Source: Anaeramoeba ignava BMAN (lineage: Eukaryota; Protista; Anaeramoebae). Taken from it: a stretch of 64,000 bases of DNA. Below are positions 31,693 through 42,039 of this stretch, piece by piece. A program made the translations under genes and the position numbers. Numbering within the stretch: position 1 is the first letter of the stretch; every line of letters starts with the position of its first letter. The stretch covers positions 682,001 to 746,000 of the forward strand of contig JAPDFW010000125.1 of NCBI GenBank assembly GCA_028826165.1. Direction: 5' to 3'. Below the pieces are notes generated by a model. It did no database searches. It worked only from the letters and a program-made list of their open reading frames with translations, and was not told the DNA's origin.

Positions 31693-33455
31693 TTTTGTTT
31701 TTGAAATTTGTTAGTTAATAAATCAAATAAATTTGGATATGTTTGATTTAATTGAAAATAATCAATTCCTGTTTCGATTTCATCAATAATTTCTTGTGTA
31801 ATTTGAATTCCTTTTTTAATTTGATTTGAATAAATCCAATATTCAAATAATTGAAATGATTTATTACTTAATTCACTATAATCTGTAACTTTATTAGAAG
31901 TATCATTTGTTACAGATAAAAACATTCCTCGATATAATTCACTTCTCATTATTAATATTAATTTGGGAAATTTATATTGTTTTTCTTTTCTTTCAATTAT
32001 AAAATCTTTTTCATTTTCATTTAAATAAATTATTTTAATTGTTTCTTCAATTTTTTCATTTGAATTTATAATTTCTTTAATTTCTGAATATAATATTGGA
32101 TTTATATTGGAATTGTTTGAATAAATCATTTCAAATATTTGATTAGATTCTTTAATTGATTTTGTTGAAATAATTTCTTGAAGTTTTTCAATTTGATTTT
32201 GATTTTGATTTAATCTATATTTCAATATTAATTTATGAGCTTTGATTATTTCTCCATTTTCTGTTTTAAATGAAATATCACAAAATTCTTTTCTTCTAAA
32301 TAATTTTATCAAATCTTCTTCAAGATTGGAAAAAGAAAGAGGAGAATAATAAAGAAATGATTTTTGATATCCACAAGAAATATGATAATTGAAAATATTT
32401 TCATTAAATCTTAATTCAGGAAGTTCAATTTGAATTGGAACTGATTCATATTTTCTGTCTCCAGTTCCTAATTGACCAAACCAATTACTTCCAAATCCAA
32501 TCAATTTACCTTTGGAAGTTAAAATCAAATTATGCCCATCTCCAACAGAAAAATCAAGAATATTATCATCATTTTCAAATAAAGATGATTTGATTTCAGT
32601 AAATTCATAAATATCTTCATATTTTCCAAGTCCATTTAGCTGCCAATTTCCACATGAATAAAGTTTTCTTTTTGGATTTTGATTTTCATCTTCTTCTTCA
32701 ATCAATATTATTGAATGAGAATATGCACATTGAATATCAATTATTTTACCTTTTGGAATATTTTGGATTTTGGTTAATTTATTTATTATCTCTTTTTTTC
32801 TTTTCCCTAACCCCATTTGTCCAAATCTATTATTTCCTGATCCAAATAATTCTTGATTTGAATTTAAAAGAAAAATATAAGTTGAAGAATTTCCTGAAAA
32901 TATTTTAGAAACATTTTTCATCATTAAAATTGGTTTTTCTGCTTTTCGAATTGTTTTAGAATCAAAACCAAGTTGACATAAATTATTTGAACCAATTCCA
33001 TAAGCATTTTGATTTGAAGTTAATAAGTAGGTTGATTTAGCACCAGAAACAATATCTTGAATTATTCTATCATTTGTATCTTCAATTAATGATGAAATAT
33101 TGATAAATTCTTTTGGATTTTTTGGATTAATATTTTTTCCTTTTGCAAATACATTTCCTTCTTTTGTTAAAATAGCTTCGATTTGATAACCAACAGATAC
33201 TTTTTGAATATTTTCAATTTGGATTTTTTCAATATTTTGATTTGAATCATTTTTATTTAAATATTCTATTGCTTTTCCATTTTCAAAAAGGAAAAATGTT
33301 GAAAATTCACTTGATGAAATTTGTTTAATTTGTTTTTCATTTTCATTTTCATTTTCATTTTCAAATTTAAATTGAATTGGTTTTGTTATTTTATATAGTT
33401 CATTTTTAAAAAGTTTTGGTGATGTATTTGAACCAAAAAATAAACAATCATTCAT
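31689..33455 (-). CDS. R14: RCC1 + tandem BTB protein, non-CaaX
   Basis: Same architecture; ends FQKQN*. Confidence 0.92.
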   Translation of the reverse strand: MNDCLFFGSNTSPKLFKNELYKITKPIQFKFENENENENEKQIKQISSSEFSTFFLFENGKAIEYLNKNDSNQNIEKIQIENIQKVSVGYQIEAILTKEGNVFAKGKNINPKNPKEFINISSLIEDTNDRIIQDIVSGAKSTYLLTSNQNAYGIGSNNLCQLGFDSKTIRKAEKPILMMKNVSKIFSGNSSTYIFLLNSNQELFGSGNNRFGQMGLGKRKKEIINKLTKIQNIPKGKIIDIQCAYSHSIILIEEEDENQNPKRKLYSCGNWQLNGLGKYEDIYEFTEIKSSLFENDDNILDFSVGDGHNLILTSKGKLIGFGSNWFGQLGTGDRKYESVPIQIELPELRFNENIFNYHISCGYQKSFLYYSPLSFSNLEEDLIKLFRRKEFCDISFKTENGEIIKAHKLILKYRLNQNQNQIEKLQEIISTKSIKESNQIFEMIYSNNSNINPILYSEIKEIINSNEKIEETIKIIYLNENEKDFIIERKEKQYKFPKLILIMRSELYRGMFLSVTNDTSNKVTDYSELSNKSFQLFEYWIYSNQIKKGIQITQEIIDEIETGIDYFQLNQTYPNLFDLLTNKFQKQN

Positions 33456-33508
33456 TTTCTTTATTTAATTTTTTATTTTTTGAAAAGAAAAAAAATGAAA
33501 AATGAATT

Positions 33509-35347
33509 TTAAAAAATCAAACATTTTTCTTTTTCTTTTTCTTTCTCTTTAATTTCTTTTTCTTTCTCTTCCTCTTTGTATTTTCTTCCTTCTTTTGTAA
33601 ATTTGTTAATTAATAAATCAAATAAATTTGGATTTGTTTGATTTAATTGAAAATAATCAATTCCTGTTTCTAATTCATCAATAATTTCTTGTGTAATTTG
33701 AATTTCATCTTTAATTTGATTCGAATAAATCCAATATTCAAATATTTGGAATGATTTATTACTTAATTCACTATAATCTGTAACTTTATTAGAAGTATCA
33801 TTTGTAACAGATAAAAACATTCCTCGATATAATTCACTTCTCATTATTAATATTAATTTAGGGAATTTATATTGTTTTTCTTTTCTTTCAATTATAAAAT
33901 CATTTTCATTTTCATTTAAATAAATTCTTTTCATTGTTTCTTCAATTTTTTCATTGGAATTTATAATTTCTTTAATTTCAGAATATAATTTTGGATTTAT
34001 TATTCTGTTTGAATAAATCATTTCAAATATTTGATTTGATTCTTTAATTGATTTATTTGAAATAATTTCTTGAAGTTTTTCAATTTGATTTTGATTTTGA
34101 TTTAATCTATATTTCAATATTAATTTATGAGCTTCAATTATTTCTCCATTTTCGGTTTTAAATGAAATATCACAAAATTCTTTTCTTCTAAATAATTTTA
34201 TCAAATCTTCTTCAAGATTGGAAAAAGAAGGAGAATAATAAAAAAATGAATTGTGATTCCCACAAGAAATATGATAATTGAAAATATTTTCATTAAATCT
34301 TAATTTAGGAAGTTCAATTTGAATAGGAATTAATTGAATTTCTGTATCTCCAGTTCCTAATTGGCCAACCTCATTGTTCCCGAATCCTATAAATTTCCCT
34401 TTGGAAGTTAAAATCAAAGTATGCTGATTTCCAACAGAAAAATCAAGAATATTATCATCATTTTCAAATAAAGGTGATTTGATTTCAGTAAATTCATAAA
34501 TATTTTCATATTTTCCAAGCCCATTACATTGTAAATCTCCACATGAATAAAGTTTTCTTTTTAGATTTTCATTTTCATTTTCATTTTCAATCAACATTAT
34601 TGAATGTTCATATCCGCATTTAATATCAATTATTTTACCTTTTGGAATATTTTGTATTTTGGTTAATTTTTGGATTTGTGTTTCTTTTCTTGATTCTCCT
34701 AATCCAAGTTGCCCTTGATAATTATATCCGCATCCAAACAATTCTTGGTTTGAATTTAAAAGAAAAACAAAATTTGAAGAATTTCCTGAAAATATTTTAG
34801 AAACATTTTTCATCATTAAAATTGGTTTTTCTGCTTCTTCAAATATTTCAGAATCAAAACCAAGTTCACAATCAAAATTTGAGCCAATTCCATAAATATT
34901 TTGATTTGAAGTTAATAAATAAATTGTATTTGCGCCAGAAACAACATCTTCAATTACTCTATCATTTGTATCTTCAATTAATGATGAAATATTGATAAAT
35001 TCATTTGGATCTTTTGAATTAATATCTTTTCCTTTTGCAAATACATTTCCTTCTATTGTTAAAATAGCTTCATCTTGATAACCAACAGATACTTTTTGAA
35101 TATTTTCAATTTGGATTTTTTCAGGATTTTTATTTGAATCTCTCAAGTATTCTATTGCTTTTCCATTTTCAAAAAGGAAAATTGTTGAAAAAAAACCTGA
35201 TGAAATTTGTTTAATTTGTTTTTCATTTTCATTTTCATTTTCATTTTCATTTTCAAATTTAAATTGAATTGGTTTTATTATTTTATATAGTTCATTTTTT
35301 AAAAGAATTGGATATTTATTTAAACCAAAAAATAAAATTTCATTCAT
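33509..35347 (-). CDS. R15: RCC1 + tandem BTB protein with CaaX (CLIF)
   Basis: Ends [31 protein letters not shown]. Confidence 0.92.
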   Translation of the reverse strand: MNEILFFGLNKYPILLKNELYKIIKPIQFKFENENENENENEKQIKQISSGFFSTIFLFENGKAIEYLRDSNKNPEKIQIENIQKVSVGYQDEAILTIEGNVFAKGKDINSKDPNEFINISSLIEDTNDRVIEDVVSGANTIYLLTSNQNIYGIGSNFDCELGFDSEIFEEAEKPILMMKNVSKIFSGNSSNFVFLLNSNQELFGCGYNYQGQLGLGESRKETQIQKLTKIQNIPKGKIIDIKCGYEHSIMLIENENENENLKRKLYSCGDLQCNGLGKYENIYEFTEIKSPLFENDDNILDFSVGNQHTLILTSKGKFIGFGNNEVGQLGTGDTEIQLIPIQIELPKLRFNENIFNYHISCGNHNSFFYYSPSFSNLEEDLIKLFRRKEFCDISFKTENGEIIEAHKLILKYRLNQNQNQIEKLQEIISNKSIKESNQIFEMIYSNRIINPKLYSEIKEIINSNEKIEETMKRIYLNENENDFIIERKEKQYKFPKLILIMRSELYRGMFLSVTNDTSNKVTDYSELSNKSFQIFEYWIYSNQIKDEIQITQEIIDELETGIDYFQLNQTNPNLFDLLINKFTKEGRKYKEEEKEKEIKEKEKEKEKCLIF

Positions 35348-35797
35348 TTTTTGAAAAGAAAAAAAATGAAAAAAATGATTTTTGAATTTTGATTTTAAAT
35401 TTTAATTTTGATTTTAATTTTAATTTTGATTTTAATTTTAATTTTAATTTTGATTTTAATTTTAATTTTAATTTTGATTTTAATTTTAATTTTAATTTTA
35501 ATTTTAATTTTAATTTTAATTTTAATTTTAATTTTAATTTTAATTTTAATTTTAATTTTAATTTTAATTTTAATTTTAATTTTAATTTTAATTTTAATTT
35601 TAATTTTAATTTCAAATTTAATTTTAATTTTAATTTTAATTTTAATTTTAATTTTAATTTTAATTTTAATTTTAATTTTAATTTTAATTTTAATTTTAAT
35701 TTTAATTTTGATTTTGATTTTAATTTTAATTTTAATTTGAATTTTAATTTTGATTTTAATTTTAATTTTGAATTTGATTTTGATTTTAATTTTGATT

Positions 35798-37552
35798 TTA
35801 ATTTTGATTTTGATTATTAAATTTCTTAATTAATAAATCAAATAAATTTGGATTTGTTTGATTTAATTGAAAATAATCAATTCCAATTTGAATTTCATCA
35901 ATTATTTCTTCTGTAATTTGAATTTCTTCTTTAATTTGATTTGAATAAATCCAATATTCAAATATTTGAAATGATTTATTACTTAATTCACTATAATCTG
36001 TAACTTTATTAGAAGTATCATTTGTTACAGATAAAAACATTCCTCGATATAATTCACTTCTCATTATTAATATTAATTTAGGAAATTTATATTGTTTTTC
36101 TTTTCTTTCAATAATAAAATCATTTTCATTTTCATTTAAATAAATTCTTTTCATTGTTTCTTCAATTTTTTCATTTAAATTTATAATTTCTTTAATTTCT
36201 GAATATAATTTTGGATTTATTATTCTGTTTGAATAAATCATTTCAAATATTTGATTAGATTCTTTAATTGATTTTGTTGAAATAATTTCTTGAAGTTTTT
36301 CAATTTGATTTTCAATTTGATTTAATCTATATTTCAATATTAATTTATGAGCTGAAATTATTTCTCCATTTTCGGTTTTAAATGAAATATCACAAAATTC
36401 TTTTCTTTTAAATAGTTTTATCAAATCTTCTTCAAGATTGGAAAAAGAAGAAGGAGAATAATAAAGAAATGATTTTTGATATCCACAAGAAACATGATAA
36501 TTGGAAATATTTTCATTAAATCTTAATTTAGGAAGTTCAATTTGAATTGGAACTCTTTCAATTTCTGTGATTTTGATTCCTAATTCACCATAACTGTTAC
36601 TTCCAAATGCTATAAATTTACCTTTGGAAGTTAAAATCAAAGTATGAAAGCATCCAACAGAAAAATCAAGAATATTATCATCATTTTCAAATAAATATGA
36701 TTTGATTTCAGTAAAATCTCTTATAAATTTATCGTATCTAAGTCCATTATATACGTGATATCCACATGAATAAAGTTTTCTTTTTGGATTTTGATTTTCA
36801 TTTTCATCTTCAATCAACATTATTGAATGAGCAAGTCCGCATTTAATATCAATTATTTTACCTTTTGGAATATTTTGGATTTGGGTTAATTTTTGGATTG
36901 TTTCTTCTTTTCTTGATTCTCCTAATCCAAGTTGAGCATAAAAATTATATCCGCATCCAAATAATTCTTGATTTGAATTTAAAAGAAAAAACGATTGGGA
37001 AGAGTTTCCTGAAAATATTTTAGAAACATTTTTCATTATCAAAATTGGTTTTTCTGCTTCTTCAAGTGTTTTAGAATCAAAACCAAGTTGACAAGACCTA
37101 TTTGAACCAATTCCATAAGTATTTTGATTTGAAGTTAATAAGTAAATTGTATTATATCCAGAAACAATATCTTGAATTATTCTATCATTTTTATCTTCAA
37201 TTAATGATGAAATATTGATAAATTCTTTTGGATCTTTTGAATTAATGTTTTCTCCTTTGGCAAATACATTTCCTTCTTTTGTTAAAATAGCTTCATTATA
37301 ATAGCCAACAGTTACTTTTTGAATATTTTCAATTTGAATTTTTTCAGGATTTTGATCTGAATCTTCTAAATATTCTATTGCTTTTCCATTTTTAAAAAGG
37401 AAAATTGTTGAATAATTTCCTGATGAAATTTGTTTAATTTGTTTTTCATTTTCATTTTCAAATTTAAATTGAATTGGTTTTGTTATCTTATTTGATTCAT
37501 TTTTGATAATTTTTGGAAATTGATTTGAACCAAAAAATATAATTTCATTCAT
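35798..37552 (-). CDS. R16: RCC1 + tandem BTB protein, non-CaaX
   Basis: Same architecture; ends FNNQNQN*. Confidence 0.92.
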   Translation of the reverse strand: MNEIIFFGSNQFPKIIKNESNKITKPIQFKFENENEKQIKQISSGNYSTIFLFKNGKAIEYLEDSDQNPEKIQIENIQKVTVGYYNEAILTKEGNVFAKGENINSKDPKEFINISSLIEDKNDRIIQDIVSGYNTIYLLTSNQNTYGIGSNRSCQLGFDSKTLEEAEKPILIMKNVSKIFSGNSSQSFFLLNSNQELFGCGYNFYAQLGLGESRKEETIQKLTQIQNIPKGKIIDIKCGLAHSIMLIEDENENQNPKRKLYSCGYHVYNGLRYDKFIRDFTEIKSYLFENDDNILDFSVGCFHTLILTSKGKFIAFGSNSYGELGIKITEIERVPIQIELPKLRFNENISNYHVSCGYQKSFLYYSPSSFSNLEEDLIKLFKRKEFCDISFKTENGEIISAHKLILKYRLNQIENQIEKLQEIISTKSIKESNQIFEMIYSNRIINPKLYSEIKEIINLNEKIEETMKRIYLNENENDFIIERKEKQYKFPKLILIMRSELYRGMFLSVTNDTSNKVTDYSELSNKSFQIFEYWIYSNQIKEEIQITEEIIDEIQIGIDYFQLNQTNPNLFDLLIKKFNNQNQN

Positions 37553-37977
37553 TTTTGAAAAAGAAAAAAATGAAAAATGAAAAAATAAATTTTTAATTTT
37601 AATTTTAATTTTAATTTTAATTTTAATTTTGATTTTAATTTTAATTTTGATTTTAATTTTGATTTTAATTTTGATTTTAATTTTAATTTTAATTTTAATT
37701 TTAATTTTAATTTTAATTTTAATTTTAATTTTAATTTTAATTTTAATTTTAATTTTGATTTTAATTTTAATTTTGATTTTAATTTTAATTTTAATTTTGA
37801 TTTTAATTTTAATTTTGATTTTAATTTTAATTTTAATTTTAATTTTAATTTTAATTTTAATCTTAATTTTAATTTTAATTTTAATTTTAATTTTAATTTT
37901 GATTTTAATTTTAATTTTAAATTTTATTTTTAATTTTAATTTTAATTTTAATTTTAATTTTGATTTTAATTTTAATT

Positions 37978-39771
37978 TTAATTTTGATTATTAAATTTGT
38001 TAATTAATAAATCAAATAAATTTGGATTTGTTTGATTTAATTGAAAATAATCAATTCCAATTTCTATTTCATTAATAATTTCTTGTGTAATTTTAATCTC
38101 ATTTTTAATTTGATTTGAATAAATCCAATATTCAAATATTTGAAATGATTTATTACTTAATTCACTATAATCTGTAACTTTATTAGATTTATCTTCAGTT
38201 ACAGATAAAAACATTCCTCGATATAATTCACTTCTCATTATTAATATTAATTTTGGAAATTTATATTTCTTTTCTTTTCTTTCAATTATAAAATCTTTTT
38301 CATTTTCATTTTCATTTTCATTTAAATAAATTCTTTTAATTGTTTCTTCAATTTTTTCATTTGAATTTATAATTTCTTTAATTTCTGAATATAATTTTGG
38401 ATTTATTTTGGAATTGTTTGAATAAATCATTTCAAATATTTGATTTGATTCTTTAATTGATTTTGTTGAAATAATTTCTTGAAGTTTTTCAATTTGATTT
38501 TGATTTTGATTTTGATCTTTTAATCTATATTTCAATATTAATTTATGAGCTGAGATTATTTCTCCATTTTTGGTTTTAAATGAAATATCACAAAATTCTT
38601 TTCTTTTAAATAATTTTATCAAATCTTCTTCAAGATTGGAAAAAGAAGGAGAATAATAAAGAAATGAATTGTAATTTCCACAAGAAATATGATAATTGGA
38701 AATATTTTCATTAAATCTTAATTTAGGAAGTTTAATTTGAATTGGAGTTGGTTGATGATTTGTATCTCCAGTTCCTAATTGACCAAAATAATTACTTCCA
38801 AATCCTATTAATTTCCCCTTTTCTATTAAAATCAAAGTATGCTGATTTCCACAAGAAAAATCAAGAATATTATCATCATTTTCAAATAAAGATGATTTGA
38901 TTTCAGTAAATTCATAAGTATTTTCATCTTTTTTGCCAAGCCCATTATAATGATAATCTCCACATGAATAAAGTTTTCTTTTTGGATTTTGATTTTGATT
39001 TTCAATCATCATAACTGAGTGCCAGTATCCACATTGAATATCAACTATTTTACCTTTTGGAATATTTTGGAATTTGGTTAATTTATTTATTATTCCTTCT
39101 TTTCTTTTCCCTAACCCCATTTGGCTATCTCTATTATGTCCGCATCCAAATAATTCTTGATTTGAATTTAAAAGAAAAACAAAATTTGAAGAATTTCCTG
39201 AAAATATTTTAGAAACATTTTTCATCATTAAAATTGGTTTTTCTGCTTTTCGAATTGTTTTAGAATCAAAACCAAGTTGACAAGACCTATTTGAACCAAT
39301 TCCATAAGTATTTTGATTTGAAGTTAATAAATAAATTGAATTGTATCCAGAAACAATATCTTCAATTATTCTATCATTTGTATCTTCAATTAATGATGAA
39401 ATATTGATAAATTCTTTTGGATTATTTGGATTAATATATTTTCCTTTTGCAAATACATTTCCTTCTATTGTTAAAATAGCTTCGATTTGATAACCAACAG
39501 TTACTTTTTGAATATTTTCAATTTGGATTTTTTTAGGATTTTGTTTTGAATTTCTTAAATATTCTATTGCTTTTCCATTTTTAAAAAGGAAAATTGTTGA
39601 AAAATTTGAAGAAGAAATTTGTTTAATTTGTTTTTCATTTTCATTTTCATTTTCATTTTCATTTTCATTTTCAAATTTAAATTTAAATTGAATTGGTTTT
39701 GTTATTGAATTTGGTTCATTTTTGATAAGTTTTGGAAATTCATTTAAACCAAAAAATAAACAATCATTCAT
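37978..39771 (-). CDS. R17: RCC1 + tandem BTB protein, non-CaaX
   Basis: Same architecture; ends FNNQN*. Confidence 0.92.
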   Translation of the reverse strand: MNDCLFFGLNEFPKLIKNEPNSITKPIQFKFKFENENENENENENEKQIKQISSSNFSTIFLFKNGKAIEYLRNSKQNPKKIQIENIQKVTVGYQIEAILTIEGNVFAKGKYINPNNPKEFINISSLIEDTNDRIIEDIVSGYNSIYLLTSNQNTYGIGSNRSCQLGFDSKTIRKAEKPILMMKNVSKIFSGNSSNFVFLLNSNQELFGCGHNRDSQMGLGKRKEGIINKLTKFQNIPKGKIVDIQCGYWHSVMMIENQNQNPKRKLYSCGDYHYNGLGKKDENTYEFTEIKSSLFENDDNILDFSCGNQHTLILIEKGKLIGFGSNYFGQLGTGDTNHQPTPIQIKLPKLRFNENISNYHISCGNYNSFLYYSPSFSNLEEDLIKLFKRKEFCDISFKTKNGEIISAHKLILKYRLKDQNQNQNQIEKLQEIISTKSIKESNQIFEMIYSNNSKINPKLYSEIKEIINSNEKIEETIKRIYLNENENENEKDFIIERKEKKYKFPKLILIMRSELYRGMFLSVTEDKSNKVTDYSELSNKSFQIFEYWIYSNQIKNEIKITQEIINEIEIGIDYFQLNQTNPNLFDLLINKFNNQN

Positions 39772-39908
39772 TTTTGAAAAGAAAAAAAATGAAAAAATGA
39801 ATTTTTTGATTTTGATTTTAATTTTAATTTTAATTTTTGATTTTAATTTTAATTTTAATTTTAATTTTAATTTTAATTTTGATTTTAATTTTAATTTTAA
39901 TTTTAATT

Positions 39909-41669
39909 TTAATTTTGATTATTAAATTTGATAATTAATAAATCAAATAAATTTGGATTTGTTCGATTTAATTGAAAATAATCAATTCCAATTTCAATTT
40001 CTTCAATTATATCGTTTGTAATTTGAATTTCATTTTTAATTTGATTTGAATAAATCCAATATTCAAATATTTGAAATGATTTATTACTTAATTCACTATA
40101 ATCTGTAACTTTATTAGAAGTATCATTTGTAACAGATAAAAACATTCCACGATATAATTCACTTCTCATTATTAATATTAATTTAGGAAATTTATATTGT
40201 TTTTCTTTTCTTTCAATTATAAAATCATTTTCATTTTCATTTCCATAAATTCTTTTAATTGTTTCTTCAATTTTTTCATTTGAATTTATAATTTCTTTAA
40301 TTTCAGAATATAATTTTGGATTTATTTTTCTGTTTGAATAAATCATTTCAAATATTTGATTTGATTCTTTAATTGATTTTTTTGAAATAATTTCTTGAAG
40401 TTTTTCAATTTGATTTTGATTTTGATTCAATCTATATTTCAATATTAATTTATGAGCTTTAATTATTTCTCCATTTTCTGTTTTAAATGAAATATCACAA
40501 AATTCTTTTCTTTTAAATAGTTTTATCAAATCTTCTTCAAGATTGGAAAAAGAAGGAGGAGAATAATAAAGAAACGATTTATTATTTCCACAAAGAACAT
40601 GATAATTAGAAATATCTTCATTAAATCTTAATTTAGGAAGTTTAATTTGAATTGGAACTGATGGATTTTCTTTTGTGTCTCCAGTTCCTAATTGACCATA
40701 AGAATTATATCCAAATCCAATCAATTTTGAATTAGATGCTAAAATCAAAGTATGAGAATGACCAACAGAAAAATCAAGAATATAATCATCATTTTCAAAT
40801 AAAGATGATTTGATTTCAGTAAATTCATTAGTATCTTCATCTTTGCCAAGTCCATTATTTGGATATTCTCCACATGAATAAAGTTTTCTTTTTGGATTTT
40901 GATTTTCATTTTCATCTTCAATCAACATTATTGAATGATTAAATCCAGATTGAATATCAATTATTTTGCCTTTTGGAATATTTTGGATTTTGGTTAATTT
41001 TTGGATTTTTTCTTCTCTTCTTGATTTCCCTAATCCAATTTGGCCATGGTAATTATATCCGCATCCAAATAATTCTTGATTTGAATTTAAAACAAAAGCA
41101 CAATCAGAACAATTTCCTGAAAATATTTTAGAAACATTTTTCATCATTAAAATTGGTTTTTGTGTTTTTTTAAGTGTTTTAGAATCAAAACCAAGTTGAC
41201 CAAATTCATTTGAACAAATTCCATAAACATTTTGATTTGAAGTTAATAAGTAAATTGAACCAAATCCAGAAACAACATCTTCAATTATTCTATCATTTGT
41301 ATCTTCAATTAATGATGAAATATTGATAAATTCTTTTGGATTATTTGGATTAATTTCTTTTCCTTTTGCAAATACATTTCCTTCTTTTGTTAAAATAGCT
41401 TCATTTTGATAACCAACAGTTACTTTTTGAATATTTTCTTCAATTTGGATTTTTTCAGCATTTTGATTTGAATCGTTTTCATTTAAATATTCTATTGCTT
41501 TTCCATTTTCAAAAAGGAAAATTGTTGAAAAATAACTTGATGAAATTTGTTTAATTTGTTTTTCATTTTCATTTTCAAATTTAAATTGAATTGGTTTTGT
41601 TATTTCATCTGATTCATTTTTAATAAGTTTTGGATATTGATTTGAACCAAAAAATAAACAATCATTCAT
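39909..41669 (-). CDS. R18: RCC1 + tandem BTB protein, non-CaaX
   Basis: Start placed at MNDCLFFG (41669) by homology to paralogs; the upstream 31 aa in the ORF track are satellite/promoter. Confidence 0.9.
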   Translation of the reverse strand: MNDCLFFGSNQYPKLIKNESDEITKPIQFKFENENEKQIKQISSSYFSTIFLFENGKAIEYLNENDSNQNAEKIQIEENIQKVTVGYQNEAILTKEGNVFAKGKEINPNNPKEFINISSLIEDTNDRIIEDVVSGFGSIYLLTSNQNVYGICSNEFGQLGFDSKTLKKTQKPILMMKNVSKIFSGNCSDCAFVLNSNQELFGCGYNYHGQIGLGKSRREEKIQKLTKIQNIPKGKIIDIQSGFNHSIMLIEDENENQNPKRKLYSCGEYPNNGLGKDEDTNEFTEIKSSLFENDDYILDFSVGHSHTLILASNSKLIGFGYNSYGQLGTGDTKENPSVPIQIKLPKLRFNEDISNYHVLCGNNKSFLYYSPPSFSNLEEDLIKLFKRKEFCDISFKTENGEIIKAHKLILKYRLNQNQNQIEKLQEIISKKSIKESNQIFEMIYSNRKINPKLYSEIKEIINSNEKIEETIKRIYGNENENDFIIERKEKQYKFPKLILIMRSELYRGMFLSVTNDTSNKVTDYSELSNKSFQIFEYWIYSNQIKNEIQITNDIIEEIEIGIDYFQLNRTNPNLFDLLIIKFNNQN

Positions 41670-42039
41670 TTTAGAAAAGAAAAAAAATGAAAAAATGATT
41701 TTTGAAATTTGAATTTTAATTTTAATTTTAATTTTAATTTTAATTTTAATTTTAATTTTCATTTTAATTTTAATTTTAATTTTAATTTTAATTTTAATTT
41801 TAATTTTAATTTTGATTTTAATTTTAATTTTAATTTTAATTTTAATTTTAATTTTAATTTTAATTTTAATTTTAATTTTAATTATAATTTTGATTTTAAT
41901 TTTAATTTTGATTTTAATTTTAATTTTAATTTTAATTTTAATTTTAATTTTAATTTTTATTTTAATTTTAATTTTAATTTTAATTTTAATTTTAATTTTA
42001 ATTTTAATTTTAATTTTAATTTTAATTTTAATTTTAATT

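Noticed and set aside
20301-32908. Recurrent antisense ORFs beginning MNKVFFLDF
   Set aside because: Shadow of the conserved PKRKLYSCG-encoding DNA in each paralog; variable lengths and no independent signal
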